Both the position numbers and the translations under genes were made by a program. Positions 16,979 to 26,226 of a DNA stretch of 36,879 nucleotides are shown here, piece after piece; the stretch's first letter is position 1, and each line of letters starts with the position of its first letter. The notes under the pieces were generated by a model. That model was not told the origin of the DNA. It saw only the letters and a program-made list of their open reading frames with translations, and made no database searches. Location of the stretch: assembly GCA_964633405.1 (NCBI GenBank), contig CAZWFV010000003.1, positions 1 to 36,879 on the forward strand, written 5' to 3'. The DNA is from an uncultured Candidatus Saccharibacteria bacterium. GTDB taxonomy: Bacteria > Patescibacteriota > Minisyncoccia > UBA6257 > Colwellbacteraceae.

Positions 16979-19900
16979 ATGAATAATTACAAGAAAGCGG
17001 TAGCCTTGGCTTTATCGGTGGCGACCGCAGCTTGGCTTTTCTCGGGCGTCTTCGTTCCGACAGTCGGAGCGCAAACGATGTCCGCAGCTCAAATCCAGGC
17101 TGAGATCAACACCTTAATGTCCCAGATCGACGCTTTGAAGGCACAGCTCACCCCGAGCTCTTCCTCGTCCTATAACTTCACCCGCAACCTCACAGTGGGT
17201 TCGAAGGGAGCGGACGTAGGCGCCCTTCAACAGATTCTGATCAATGGAGGCTACCTTAATATTTCGGCACCGACGAACTACTTTGGTCCTTTGACCAAGG
17301 CGGCTCTCGCCAAATGGCAGGCGGCTAACAAAGTCTCGCCAGCGGTGGGATACTTCGGTCCGTTAACCCGCGCCGCGCTGGCTTCGTCCAGTTCGTCTAC
17401 TAGTTCGAGCTCATCGAGTTCGTCGAGCTCATCTACGTCGTCCGTTTCTGGCACGTACAGTGTAAGCGTTGCCGCATCCACTCCGGCTGCGGGCTCAATC
17501 GCCAAGAGTGCGAAAGTTAAATTCTCTGACTTCACCTTTACCGCTGGTGCTTCGGCGGCAACGGTAAGTTCATTGGTTGTCCACAGGATCGGTTTGTCAT
17601 CGGACAGCGATATCTCAAACCTTTACCTGTATGACTCCAACAACAATCAGTTAGCGGTAGGCAGCTTTAACAACGGTATAGTGACCTTCACCGGTTCTCC
17701 GTTGTTTACCGTCTCGGCTAACGGATCAGCTACCGTCGAAGTTCGCGCTGATATGTCTTCAAGTGCTGCGACCGGTGACTCAATCGGCTACGGCATCGCT
17801 TCTGCCTCCGACATCAACGCTGGCAGCGTGACGTTCAGCGGCAACTTCCCGGTAAATGGCAACCTGTTCACGATTGCGGCGGTGACGAACTTGGGCTCTT
17901 TGCTCATAACTTCTCCGTCGACGCTATCGACGACAATCAACCCTGGCCAGACTGGGGTTAACGTTGGCTACTTCCAATTCCAAGGCAGTAACCAGCCTTT
18001 GTCGGTCAGCTACATCAAGCTCACCAACGTCGGTTCTGTGGGTCAAAACGACATCCAGAACCTGAAGCTGATGTACAACGGTTCTACGCAGGTTGGTGTG
18101 ACCGAACAGCAGAATGCCGACAAGACTGTGGTCTTCGACCTTTCTGCCAACCCGATGACGATTCCTTCGGGCAACTTGGTCAACCTCTACCTGGTGGGTG
18201 ACGTGCTGAGCGGTTCCACAAGAACCTACCAGTTCACCATCCAGAGGACCTCGGACGTAGAGGTTACCGACACCACCTACAACACGGGCATCGTCCCGAG
18301 CTTAATCACCACCGGCGGCCAGTCTCCGGTTCCATCCGGAACTACCAACCAGGTGACCATAAACTCCGGCTCTGCCTCTTTGTCGGTCGACTCTACTTCG
18401 CCAACTGGCAATATCGCCACTGGCGCAGTCGGTCAGCCGCTAGCGATCTTCTCCTTCACTGGTTCAGGTGAGGATATCAGGGTAAGCTCGCTTACGGTGA
18501 GTGTAACCACGGCCGGTATAGGCGGCGGTTCGAATTCTGACTACTTCCAAAACGGCAAGCTGGTTGATGTAACCGGCGGCGGGACCGGCACTCAGATCGG
18601 TTCCGTACAAAACCTTAACGTCGACACGGCTAGCAGCACACCAGTTACTACCTCGTTCAACATCCCCGGCTACTGGGTAATCCCGGCCGGAGGAACCAGG
18701 AAGTTGGCCGTTGAGTCCGACGTAAAGGCGGGTACGGCGACAGCTGCAGAGTTGAATAACGGTACGATTACCGCCAGCATCACGAGCGTAACCGCTCAGG
18801 GTGTAAACTCGCTGCAGACCGTCAACTTCGGCACGGCTACCGGCAGGACTCTCACTATGTCCGCTGGTGCTTTGACCGAGAGCCAGAACTACGCCTTCCC
18901 AGGCGGAAGCTTGGCCAGCCCGACCGGCGTTCCAAACCAGACAGGAGTGAAGCTAGGATCGTTCCTGCTTACTGCTGGTTCTGCTGAGGCTGTAAATGTG
19001 AATCAAGTCACGATTACGACCGATGCGACATCTTCTAGTCAGTATCAGAACGTAAAAGCTTACTCCACGCCCGCGGGCGGAACTGCTACTCAGATCGGCC
19101 AGGTTTACGCTACGGTTACCAACAGCCAAGGCCTTACCTTCAGCCCATCTCAGCAGCTGCAAATCCCAGCCGGCAGCTCGGTGGTTATAGACGTCTACGG
19201 CGACCTTCAGGGTAATGTGGGTGCTGGTTCCATAACCAGCCCGGTTAGCCTGACAGCCGTGACCGCCACCGGCGCTACCGACAATCAGGCGATCACCGCC
19301 ACCCTCTCTAACGGCGGTGCCGGGCAGAACGCCTATATCGCTGCAAGCGGAGCTTTGACCGTTGGCACGGATTCATCCGCTCCTACAGCTCAACAGCTAC
19401 AGGAGCTGGTATCCGGCGCTACCAGCCAGACGGTTGCGGTGTTTAACCTAGCCGCTTCTCCGTCGGAGAACATCAACGTCACTAAAGTGACTGTTACCGA
19501 CACCGAGACGGCAACCAATACTGGCATCGGCGACTTCAATAACCTCGAACTTTACGTGCCGGTTAATGGTGTGCCCACCCCGGTGTGTAACGGTTTGACT
19601 GTAGGCTCGCTGATACCGGTCTCAAGCACTACGTCTAGTGCGGTATGGAACCTGCAGACCTGCCCGATAGTTGTACCTCTGGGGAGCAACATCTCCATGA
19701 CGGTTAAAGCGAACGTCACCTTCCCGCTTCAGGGCTCAGGTGCTTCGCACAACTTCAACTTGGCGTCTGGAGCAGTTGTCGGTCAGGGCGCCGTATCCGG
19801 CGTTGCGACCGCAACTTCAGCCGCAGTCTCTGGCGTGAATGCCAGCGTCTACAGGACAAACCTGACCATCGCCCAGGATTCTAGCTCGCCTAGCGGCCTA

Positions 19901-20491
19901 ACCTCCGCCAATGCGACTCAGACCGTGGCGGTGTTCGACCTGACCAACGCCAACAACTCTTACGGTAACCAGGCCACAGTGTTGCCAACTACCATACTCG
20001 GTGCCGTGTCCACGAGTACCCTATCCTTCGGGATTGCTAGTACTTTGCCGGTACCTAGTGGTGGCGGCAACAGAGTGTTCTCTGTGTATCAGGGTAACAA
20101 CCTGGTGCTGCAAGCGACCATTACGGCTAGCACCTCTGGTGCAAGCGGTAATTGGAACGGTACCTTGACCTTCACAAACACAGACGGAGTGGCTAGTGCT
20201 CAGTTCTACCCCAGCGGCAACACTGTCCTGGGTACAGGAGGCGGTGTAACTGGTACCGTTACGATCAATCCAATAGTGCTCAACTCGGGTTCGACCCTCG
20301 CCTACACGGTGAAGTTCGACACGACTGATGCGGTTACTGGCAAGACATTCACTTTGAGCTTCCCAGCTCAGGGTGGTGGAACTTCCGGAGTAGGCCAGAC
20401 GTCCATAACATGGGCTGACGGATACACATCTGTATCTACGGTCAATTCCACGAACGTTCCTCCAGTCACCTTCGGTACTCTCCAGTACTAA
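16979..20491 (+). CDS. Large secreted surface/S-layer-like protein with peptidoglycan-binding domain
   Basis: Signal peptide; short coiled coil; PG_binding_1-like region (FTRNLTVGSKGADVGALQQIL...YFGPLTKAA); poly-Ser linker; ~1000 aa of S/T/G/V/N-rich beta-type sequence. Confidence 0.8.
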   Translation: MNNYKKAVALALSVATAAWLFSGVFVPTVGAQTMSAAQIQAEINTLMSQIDALKAQLTPSSSSSYNFTRNLTVGSKGADVGALQQILINGGYLNISAPTNYFGPLTKAALAKWQAANKVSPAVGYFGPLTRAALASSSSSTSSSSSSSSSSSTSSVSGTYSVSVAASTPAAGSIAKSAKVKFSDFTFTAGASAATVSSLVVHRIGLSSDSDISNLYLYDSNNNQLAVGSFNNGIVTFTGSPLFTVSANGSATVEVRADMSSSAATGDSIGYGIASASDINAGSVTFSGNFPVNGNLFTIAAVTNLGSLLITSPSTLSTTINPGQTGVNVGYFQFQGSNQPLSVSYIKLTNVGSVGQNDIQNLKLMYNGSTQVGVTEQQNADKTVVFDLSANPMTIPSGNLVNLYLVGDVLSGSTRTYQFTIQRTSDVEVTDTTYNTGIVPSLITTGGQSPVPSGTTNQVTINSGSASLSVDSTSPTGNIATGAVGQPLAIFSFTGSGEDIRVSSLTVSVTTAGIGGGSNSDYFQNGKLVDVTGGGTGTQIGSVQNLNVDTASSTPVTTSFNIPGYWVIPAGGTRKLAVESDVKAGTATAAELNNGTITASITSVTAQGVNSLQTVNFGTATGRTLTMSAGALTESQNYAFPGGSLASPTGVPNQTGVKLGSFLLTAGSAEAVNVNQVTITTDATSSSQYQNVKAYSTPAGGTATQIGQVYATVTNSQGLTFSPSQQLQIPAGSSVVIDVYGDLQGNVGAGSITSPVSLTAVTATGATDNQAITATLSNGGAGQNAYIAASGALTVGTDSSAPTAQQLQELVSGATSQTVAVFNLAASPSENINVTKVTVTDTETATNTGIGDFNNLELYVPVNGVPTPVCNGLTVGSLIPVSSTTSSAVWNLQTCPIVVPLGSNISMTVKANVTFPLQGSGASHNFNLASGAVVGQGAVSGVATATSAAVSGVNASVYRTNLTIAQDSSSPSGLTSANATQTVAVFDLTNANNSYGNQATVLPTTILGAVSTSTLSFGIASTLPVPSGGGNRVFSVYQGNNLVLQATITASTSGASGNWNGTLTFTNTDGVASAQFYPSGNTVLGTGGGVTGTVTINPIVLNSGSTLAYTVKFDTTDAVTGKTFTLSFPAQGGGTSGVGQTSITWADGYTSVSTVNSTNVPPVTFGTLQY

Positions 20492-20533
20492 TCTGATTGG
20501 ATAGTGTAGAGCTGTATCTACACTGGATCGTAA

Positions 20534-20567
20534 GTAAAACCGCTCCTCGCAAGGGGAGCGGTTTTAC
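20534..20567 (+). terminator. Intrinsic terminator, possibly bidirectional
   Basis: GTAAAACCGCTCCTC-GCAA-GGGGAGCGGTTTTAC; GNRA loop. Confidence 0.85.
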
Positions 20568-20617
20568 GTTGCTCGGCATGTATAGCTTGTCCGGGAGGTC
20601 CGTTATATAATTGGCTC

Positions 20618-21463
20618 ATGCCCGAAAATAAAAAACATCTTCCCGACGAGATAAAGCCGATTATCGAGGATAGCCCAAATGTGGTTGAGGTAATTTCGGA
20701 AAGGGCTACGGTAAATGCCGGCGGTTCCGGCAACAAGTTCCTGGCTATAAGTATCATCGTTGCCGCTTTATTGGTCTCGGGTACGTTGGTCTATCTTTTT
20801 AGCCCAGGTCGGGCGAATGTGGGTCAGACTGGCGGCGAGGCGTCCAGTACGGCCGCGGTCATGCCGAATTTCCCGACCAGCCTGCCCTATCCCCAAACCC
20901 GCAAGGGCAATGAAGTGATCTTGGGTAATCCCAATGCCCCGGTCCAGATGATCGAGTACGGCGATTATCAATGCACGTACTGTAATGCTTACTTCAATCA
21001 GACCGAGCCACTGATCAGGCAAAACTACGTGGCTGACGGTAAGGTAAGCGAGGTGTTCAAGAACCTGGTGGTGATAGACAACTTCGTCCCCGGAGGTCAT
21101 GAATCGTTTGATTCGGCTCTGGCGGCCAGCTGTGCCATGGATCAGAACAAGTTTTGGGAATATCACGACGCTATATATATATTCAAAACGGTCAATCCGG
21201 GCGAGAACGCCGGAAACCTGACCAGGGACGTATTCATCCAGATCGCCACCAAACTGGGCATGGATGTGAATCAATTCGCCAGCTGCCTCGATTCCCAAAA
21301 ATACAGCGATCTTATTACCAACGATATTAAGGATGCCTCAGCTAGTTTTAAACAGCTGGCGACACCAAGTTTCCTTATAAACGGTCAATCCATACAGGGG
21401 GCCGATCCGTACAACGTGTTCCAACAGGTCATAGACGCGGCTTTGAAGAAAGCCGGTCAGTAA
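20618..21463 (+). CDS. Membrane-anchored DsbA-family thiol-disulfide oxidoreductase
   Basis: TM anchor; LGNPNAPVQMIEYGDYQCTYC; ATPSFLING. Confidence 0.9.
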   Translation: MPENKKHLPDEIKPIIEDSPNVVEVISERATVNAGGSGNKFLAISIIVAALLVSGTLVYLFSPGRANVGQTGGEASSTAAVMPNFPTSLPYPQTRKGNEVILGNPNAPVQMIEYGDYQCTYCNAYFNQTEPLIRQNYVADGKVSEVFKNLVVIDNFVPGGHESFDSALAASCAMDQNKFWEYHDAIYIFKTVNPGENAGNLTRDVFIQIATKLGMDVNQFASCLDSQKYSDLITNDIKDASASFKQLATPSFLINGQSIQGADPYNVFQQVIDAALKKAGQ

Positions 21464-21476
21464 TTATGATCATCAT

Positions 21477-21656
21477 ATGAGATGGGTCGGTTGGGCGATG
21501 TTGATTATAGGAGCCTGGGTGTTGGTCTCTCCGTGGCTAGCCCCCTTTTTGGGCATAAGCACGCTTTGGAACGAGGTTTTTTCCGGAGCGATAGTCGCGA
21601 TAGCCGCTCTGTGGTGGCTGTTTGGGGATAAACCCAACATTGAGAGCAAAACCTAA
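21477..21656 (+). CDS. Small SPW-repeat membrane protein (59 aa)
   Basis: MRWVGWAMLIIGAWVLVSPWLAPFLGISTLWNEVFSGAIVAIAALWWLFGDKPNIESKT*; G.W...SPW...WN pattern; below the ORF-track cutoff. Confidence 0.8.
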   Translation: MRWVGWAMLIIGAWVLVSPWLAPFLGISTLWNEVFSGAIVAIAALWWLFGDKPNIESKT

Positions 21657-21706
21657 GTCTTTAAGCCTCTTGATTCGGGATATGGGCGGGAGTTATTATT
21701 GAAACG

Positions 21707-21937
21707 ATGATAAAAATATATTCAACCCCCACTTGCGTGTACTGCAAGATGGCTAAGGACTTCTTCAATAAACATCACCTACCCTACATCGATGTCGATG
21801 TGACCAAGGACGACAAGCTGGTTCAGGAAGTGGTCCAGAAATCACACCAGATGGGCGTACCAGTGATAGATATAGACGGAGAAATCTATGTCGGTTTCGA
21901 CCGTACCGGAATTTCTAAGAAGTTAGGGATAGCTTAG
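21707..21937 (+). CDS. Glutaredoxin-like protein (YruB/NrdH-like)
   Basis: IYSTPTCVYC, GVPVIDIDG, GFD. Confidence 0.9.
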   Translation: MIKIYSTPTCVYCKMAKDFFNKHHLPYIDVDVTKDDKLVQEVVQKSHQMGVPVIDIDGEIYVGFDRTGISKKLGIA

Positions 21938-21967
21938 GTTGCTGCATGTCGTCAGGTTGGTCTCTTT

Positions 21968-21991
21968 AGGCGCTCCCACTAGGGAGCGCTT
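21968..21991. terminator. Hairpin between grx and trxB (possible terminator)
   Basis: AGGCGCTCCC-ACTA-GGGAGCGCTT; U tract is weak. Confidence 0.4.
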
Positions 21992-22015
21992 GCATCTTCG
22001 GATATAATATAAGCT

Positions 22016-22939
22016 ATGGATTACGAGCTAATCATCATCGGTGGCGGTCCCGGCGGAGTGGCTGCGGGCATATACGCCGAGCGCAAGAAAATCAAGACGT
22101 TGCTTGTCGCCGAGAGCTTCGGCGGACAGTCGGTCGTGTCGGGCGATGTGCAGAACTGGATAGGAACCAAGTCCATATCCGGTTTGGACCTAGCCAAGGC
22201 GCTGGAAGAGCACCTCAAAGCCCATCAGGACATAGACATATTGGAGGGTGAGCGGGTAACGAAGGTATCCAAGGTAGACGGAGGTTTACGGGTTGATGTC
22301 ACCAACGGCAAAAGCTTTGATGCCAAGACGGTGCTGGTGGCCAGCGGCAGCCGTAGGCGCCGCCTGGCTGTCCCCGGGGAGGATAAATTCGAGGGACAGG
22401 GCGTGGCCTATTGTTCCATCTGCGATGCGCCGCTGTTTAAAGACAAGGATGTGGCGGTGATCGGCGGAGGCAACTCGGCCATGGAGGCGGTCGTCGATCT
22501 TCTGCCCTATGCCAAGAATATATACCTTGTGCAGCATAGCGGGCTGCTGAAGGGCGACCAAATCGTGCAGGACAGGATTGCCAAAGAGTCCAAGGTCAAG
22601 ATTTACCTCAACGCGGAGACGAAAGAGATAGTTGGAGATAGTGGCGTAACCGGAGTCAGATACGAGGATACGGCCACGCACGAGATGAAGGAACTGTCTG
22701 TCCAGGGCGTATTCGTTGAGGTGGGGGTCATTCCCAACTCCGAGCTGGTCAAAGACATCGTCAAATTGAACCCCCGAGGCGAGGTGGTAGTGGATGCAAA
22801 GACGCAGCAAGCTTCGGTGGAAGGCGTGTGGGCGGCGGGAGACGTCTGCGACGTCCTTTATAAGCAGAACAACATATCCGCCGGCGACGCCATAAAAGCG
22901 GTCCTGAATATCTACGCCTACCTGAACAAATCAAAATAA
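22016..22939 (+). CDS. trxB: Thioredoxin-disulfide reductase family protein
   Basis: IIIGGGPGG, YCSICDAP, VIGGGNSA, AAGD. Confidence 0.88.
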   Translation: MDYELIIIGGGPGGVAAGIYAERKKIKTLLVAESFGGQSVVSGDVQNWIGTKSISGLDLAKALEEHLKAHQDIDILEGERVTKVSKVDGGLRVDVTNGKSFDAKTVLVASGSRRRRLAVPGEDKFEGQGVAYCSICDAPLFKDKDVAVIGGGNSAMEAVVDLLPYAKNIYLVQHSGLLKGDQIVQDRIAKESKVKIYLNAETKEIVGDSGVTGVRYEDTATHEMKELSVQGVFVEVGVIPNSELVKDIVKLNPRGEVVVDAKTQQASVEGVWAAGDVCDVLYKQNNISAGDAIKAVLNIYAYLNKSK

Positions 22940-22945
22940 CCGGGC

Positions 22946-23416
22946 ATGGTTGTTGCGCTTCACAACATCAGGAGCATGCATAACGTGGGTTCGATATTCC
23001 GTACAGCCGACGCCGCGGGCATAGGAAAGCTGTACTTGTGCGGCATAACGCCGGCACCAACCGATAAGCTAGGCAAGCTCCGTCCGCAGCTGGCCAAGGT
23101 CTCGCTTGGAGCCGAGAAATATATTGACTGGGAAAAGATCGGCAGCACGGCCAGACTTATCGATCGGCTCAGAAAAGAGGAATATAGGGTCATCGCCGTC
23201 GAACAGCACGCAGGATCCAAGCCTTACTATAAAGTCGGGCCGAGTCGTCCGACGGCGAAGACCGTCCTGGTTCTGGGCAATGAGGTCAACGGCTTACCCC
23301 GATCAATATTGCGCCGGGCCGATACCGTAATCGAGATACCGATGAGGGGCCGCAAAGAATCATTGAACGTCTCGGTAGCTTTCGGCATCGTTGTCTTCCG
23401 GCTAATATATAATTGA
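22946..23416 (+). CDS. TrmH/SpoU-family RNA methyltransferase
   Basis: NIRSMHNVGSIFRTADA, LGNEVNG, IPMRGRKESLNVSVA. Confidence 0.92.
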   Translation: MVVALHNIRSMHNVGSIFRTADAAGIGKLYLCGITPAPTDKLGKLRPQLAKVSLGAEKYIDWEKIGSTARLIDRLRKEEYRVIAVEQHAGSKPYYKVGPSRPTAKTVLVLGNEVNGLPRSILRRADTVIEIPMRGRKESLNVSVAFGIVVFRLIYN

Positions 23417-23420
23417 ATAT

Positions 23421-23909
23421 ATGTCTGTCAGGGATATGTTGGTCTTAATCTCTCTTGTTGCGATCGTGGTACTGGCCGGATTGGGCTATATTTTTTTGTA
23501 CAGGAACGAACCGACGATACTACCCCAACTGCCCACGACTACAGCTGTAATAGGCGGACAAACATTCACCTTGGATGTGGCGACGACCACCACCGAACAG
23601 AACAGGGGCCTGGGTGGCAGGACCAGCCTGGGCGAGCGCAATGGTATGCTTTTCATGTTCAATATACCCAGCATCCAGTTGTTCTGGATGAAAGACATGG
23701 AGTTCCCGCTGGATCTGATATGGATGAGAGGCAACAAGATAATCGGTTTCGAGGAGAATATGACCGTGCCGACATCCTCCAACGCCTTGAATCTTCCCAT
23801 ATACATATCGCCTGGGTTAGTGGACGGGGTTATCGAGATCAACTCTGGCCAAGTGGCCCAACTCGGTTTAAGGGTGGGGGACGCTATCCAGATAAGTCCG
23901 CTGAATTGA
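23421..23909 (+). CDS. DUF192 domain protein
   Basis: GMLFMF, FWMKDMEFPLDLIW; N-terminal TM. Confidence 0.88.
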   Translation: MSVRDMLVLISLVAIVVLAGLGYIFLYRNEPTILPQLPTTTAVIGGQTFTLDVATTTTEQNRGLGGRTSLGERNGMLFMFNIPSIQLFWMKDMEFPLDLIWMRGNKIIGFEENMTVPTSSNALNLPIYISPGLVDGVIEINSGQVAQLGLRVGDAIQISPLN

Positions 23910-23910
23910 G

Positions 23911-25128
23911 ATGAACGGCGAAGAGATTAAAAAAGACAAGCTGTTCGGCATACAAAAGAACGTCTTCGCCCTGGGACTGGCCAGCCTGTTCAACGACTTC
24001 TCTAATGAGATGATTCAGTCGGTGATACCGGCTTTTCTGGCCATAACCCTGGGAGTCCCGGCGGTGGGGATAGGCTTGATCGATGGTGCGGCCGACGCCA
24101 TATCGAGTTTCCTGAAGATATTCTCCGGATGGTTTTCAGACAAGATAGGCCGCCGTAAGCTTCCCGCGCTCGCCGGCTATTCGCTGTCGGTCGCGGTCAG
24201 ATCCCTTTATGCTGTGGCGGGCACGTTCGGCGAGGTTTTCGGCATAAGAGTGGTCGACCGTATCGGCAAGGGTTTCCGTGAGGGACCAAGAGATGCCCTC
24301 ATCGGCGAGTCGGTCTCCAAGGAAGAGGTGGGTAAATCGTTCGGCTACAACAGGGCTATGGATGCCATGGGCGGAGTATTGGGACCGCTCGGCGCCTTCC
24401 TTATCCTGCCTCTGGTCGGCGGAAGCTTGAATAAGCTTTTCGTAATAGCTTTCCTTATAGGAATCGTCACCCTCTTCACTTTTCTGCTTGTGAGGGAGGT
24501 CCGCCCCCATAGGGGATCAACCCTGCCCAAGTTGGACAGAAAATTCTTCAGGGAACACAGGCGATTCAGTTCCTATATATTGTCGGTATTTATATTTGGT
24601 ATGGGCACACTGCCGATAACGCTTATGCTGGTTAGGCCGCTCGAGCTTGGCCTTAAGATTGCGGACCTGCCACTCCTATATTTCCTGTACAGTATAGTTT
24701 TCGTTCTGACGGCCATACCGCTGGGCAAACTATCCGATAAATTCGGCAAAAGAAAGACGATCGTGGCTGGTTTCTTTATGGCTATAGCCACCGACCTGCT
24801 CCTGGCTGTATCATCGTCAATCTACGTCGCTATAGTCGCCTTCATCCTGTTTGGCTTGTACTCGGGAGCTACCGACGGCGTCGAACGCGCCTTGACCACC
24901 CGCTTGGTGAACCCGGAGTATCTGGCCACCGGCGAAGGGTTGCTCAACGCGGCAATCGGTTTATCGTCGTTGCTGGCCGGCTTCCTGGGGGGCCTGATTT
25001 GGACGATTTTTAACCCGCAGCTGGCCTTTTTGTACGCAGCGGTGCTGTCGATAGTCGGTACAGTCATATTCTTGGTATTCAACTTCGGTGATTTTACCAG
25101 GGATGCGGCCTACCGCGCCGGAGTCTAA
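23911..25128 (+). CDS. MFS transporter
   Basis: About 12 TMs; SGWFSDKIGRRK, DRIGKGFREGPRDALI. Confidence 0.92.
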   Translation: MNGEEIKKDKLFGIQKNVFALGLASLFNDFSNEMIQSVIPAFLAITLGVPAVGIGLIDGAADAISSFLKIFSGWFSDKIGRRKLPALAGYSLSVAVRSLYAVAGTFGEVFGIRVVDRIGKGFREGPRDALIGESVSKEEVGKSFGYNRAMDAMGGVLGPLGAFLILPLVGGSLNKLFVIAFLIGIVTLFTFLLVREVRPHRGSTLPKLDRKFFREHRRFSSYILSVFIFGMGTLPITLMLVRPLELGLKIADLPLLYFLYSIVFVLTAIPLGKLSDKFGKRKTIVAGFFMAIATDLLLAVSSSIYVAIVAFILFGLYSGATDGVERALTTRLVNPEYLATGEGLLNAAIGLSSLLAGFLGGLIWTIFNPQLAFLYAAVLSIVGTVIFLVFNFGDFTRDAAYRAGV

Positions 25129-25184
25129 GACTTATCCAGTTTTATTTTTTGCAGCATCCAGTGGTCGGCATATAATATAAGTAA

Positions 25185-26225
25185 ATGGCACGAATAGCGA
25201 TAAACGGTTTTGGGCGGATCGGGCGGCTGTTCTTCCGGCAGGCATTCGACACGCCGGATCTGGAGATTGTTGCGATCAACGATCTCGGCAATGCGGAAAA
25301 TCTGGCGTATCTGCTCAAATACGACACGGTCTATGGGCGCTACAGCAAGGAGGTGAAGACGGATGCGGCCGGCGGCACGCTCACGGTGGGCGGCACGGCG
25401 ATAAAATTTTTACAGATAAAGGACGCGACGCAGCTCCCGTGGAAGGATCTAAACATTGATATCGTCGTGGAGTCCACCGGCGTCTTTGAATCGTTCGCCG
25501 CGAACAAAGTGCACCTCGCGGCGGGCGCGAAGCGCGTTGTCATCACGGCACCAGCGAAGGATGAGGACGGCCCTGACGGCCGCACGGTTCTCATGGGCGT
25601 GAACGAGGAGGCTCTGAAAACATGCCGGATAAGCTCAAACGGCTCCTGCACGACGAACTCATCGTCGCCCGTGATCCAGATCCTCTCGGAGAATCCAGGC
25701 ATAGTGAAGGCAATACTTTCGACCGTCCATTCCTATACTGCGACGCAGGCTATCGTGGATGGACCGATCCGCCACGGCCACGATTATCGGAAGGGCCGCG
25801 CGGCGGCGCAGAATATCGTGCCGACCACGACCGGCGCCGCGATCGCCGTCGCACGCGCGATCACGGACCTCAAGGGAAAATTCGACGGCATGGCGTTTCG
25901 CGTGCCGTCCATTGTCGGCTCCGTTTCCGATACCACATTCGTCGCGAAGCGGAAGACGAGTGTGGAGGAAATTAACAAGATTTTAACGGATGCCGCCGAG
26001 TTGCCGCGCTGGCAGGGGATATTGAAGGTGACGAACGATCAGATCGTGTCCAACGATATCATCGGCGAGACGTACGGCGCGATCGTGGACCTCGGGTTCA
26101 CGAAAGTGGTGGACGGCGACCTTGTGAAAGTGCTTTCGTGGTACGACAACGAGGCCGGATACGTGAGCACATTGGTTAAGCACGTGCAGGCGGCTGCCAA
26201 ACTCGTATGGAATAAACGGTCGTAA
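25185..26225 (+). CDS. gap: Glyceraldehyde-3-phosphate dehydrogenase (type I)
   Basis: AINGFGRIGR, SNGSCTTN, SWYDNE. Confidence 0.97.
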   Translation: MARIAINGFGRIGRLFFRQAFDTPDLEIVAINDLGNAENLAYLLKYDTVYGRYSKEVKTDAAGGTLTVGGTAIKFLQIKDATQLPWKDLNIDIVVESTGVFESFAANKVHLAAGAKRVVITAPAKDEDGPDGRTVLMGVNEEALKTCRISSNGSCTTNSSSPVIQILSENPGIVKAILSTVHSYTATQAIVDGPIRHGHDYRKGRAAAQNIVPTTTGAAIAVARAITDLKGKFDGMAFRVPSIVGSVSDTTFVAKRKTSVEEINKILTDAAELPRWQGILKVTNDQIVSNDIIGETYGAIVDLGFTKVVDGDLVKVLSWYDNEAGYVSTLVKHVQAAAKLVWNKRS

Positions 26226-26226
26226 G

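Noticed and set aside
17380-17450. Short imperfect DNA repeats
   Set aside because: Explained by the poly-Ser linker; codons vary, so it is not a slippage array.
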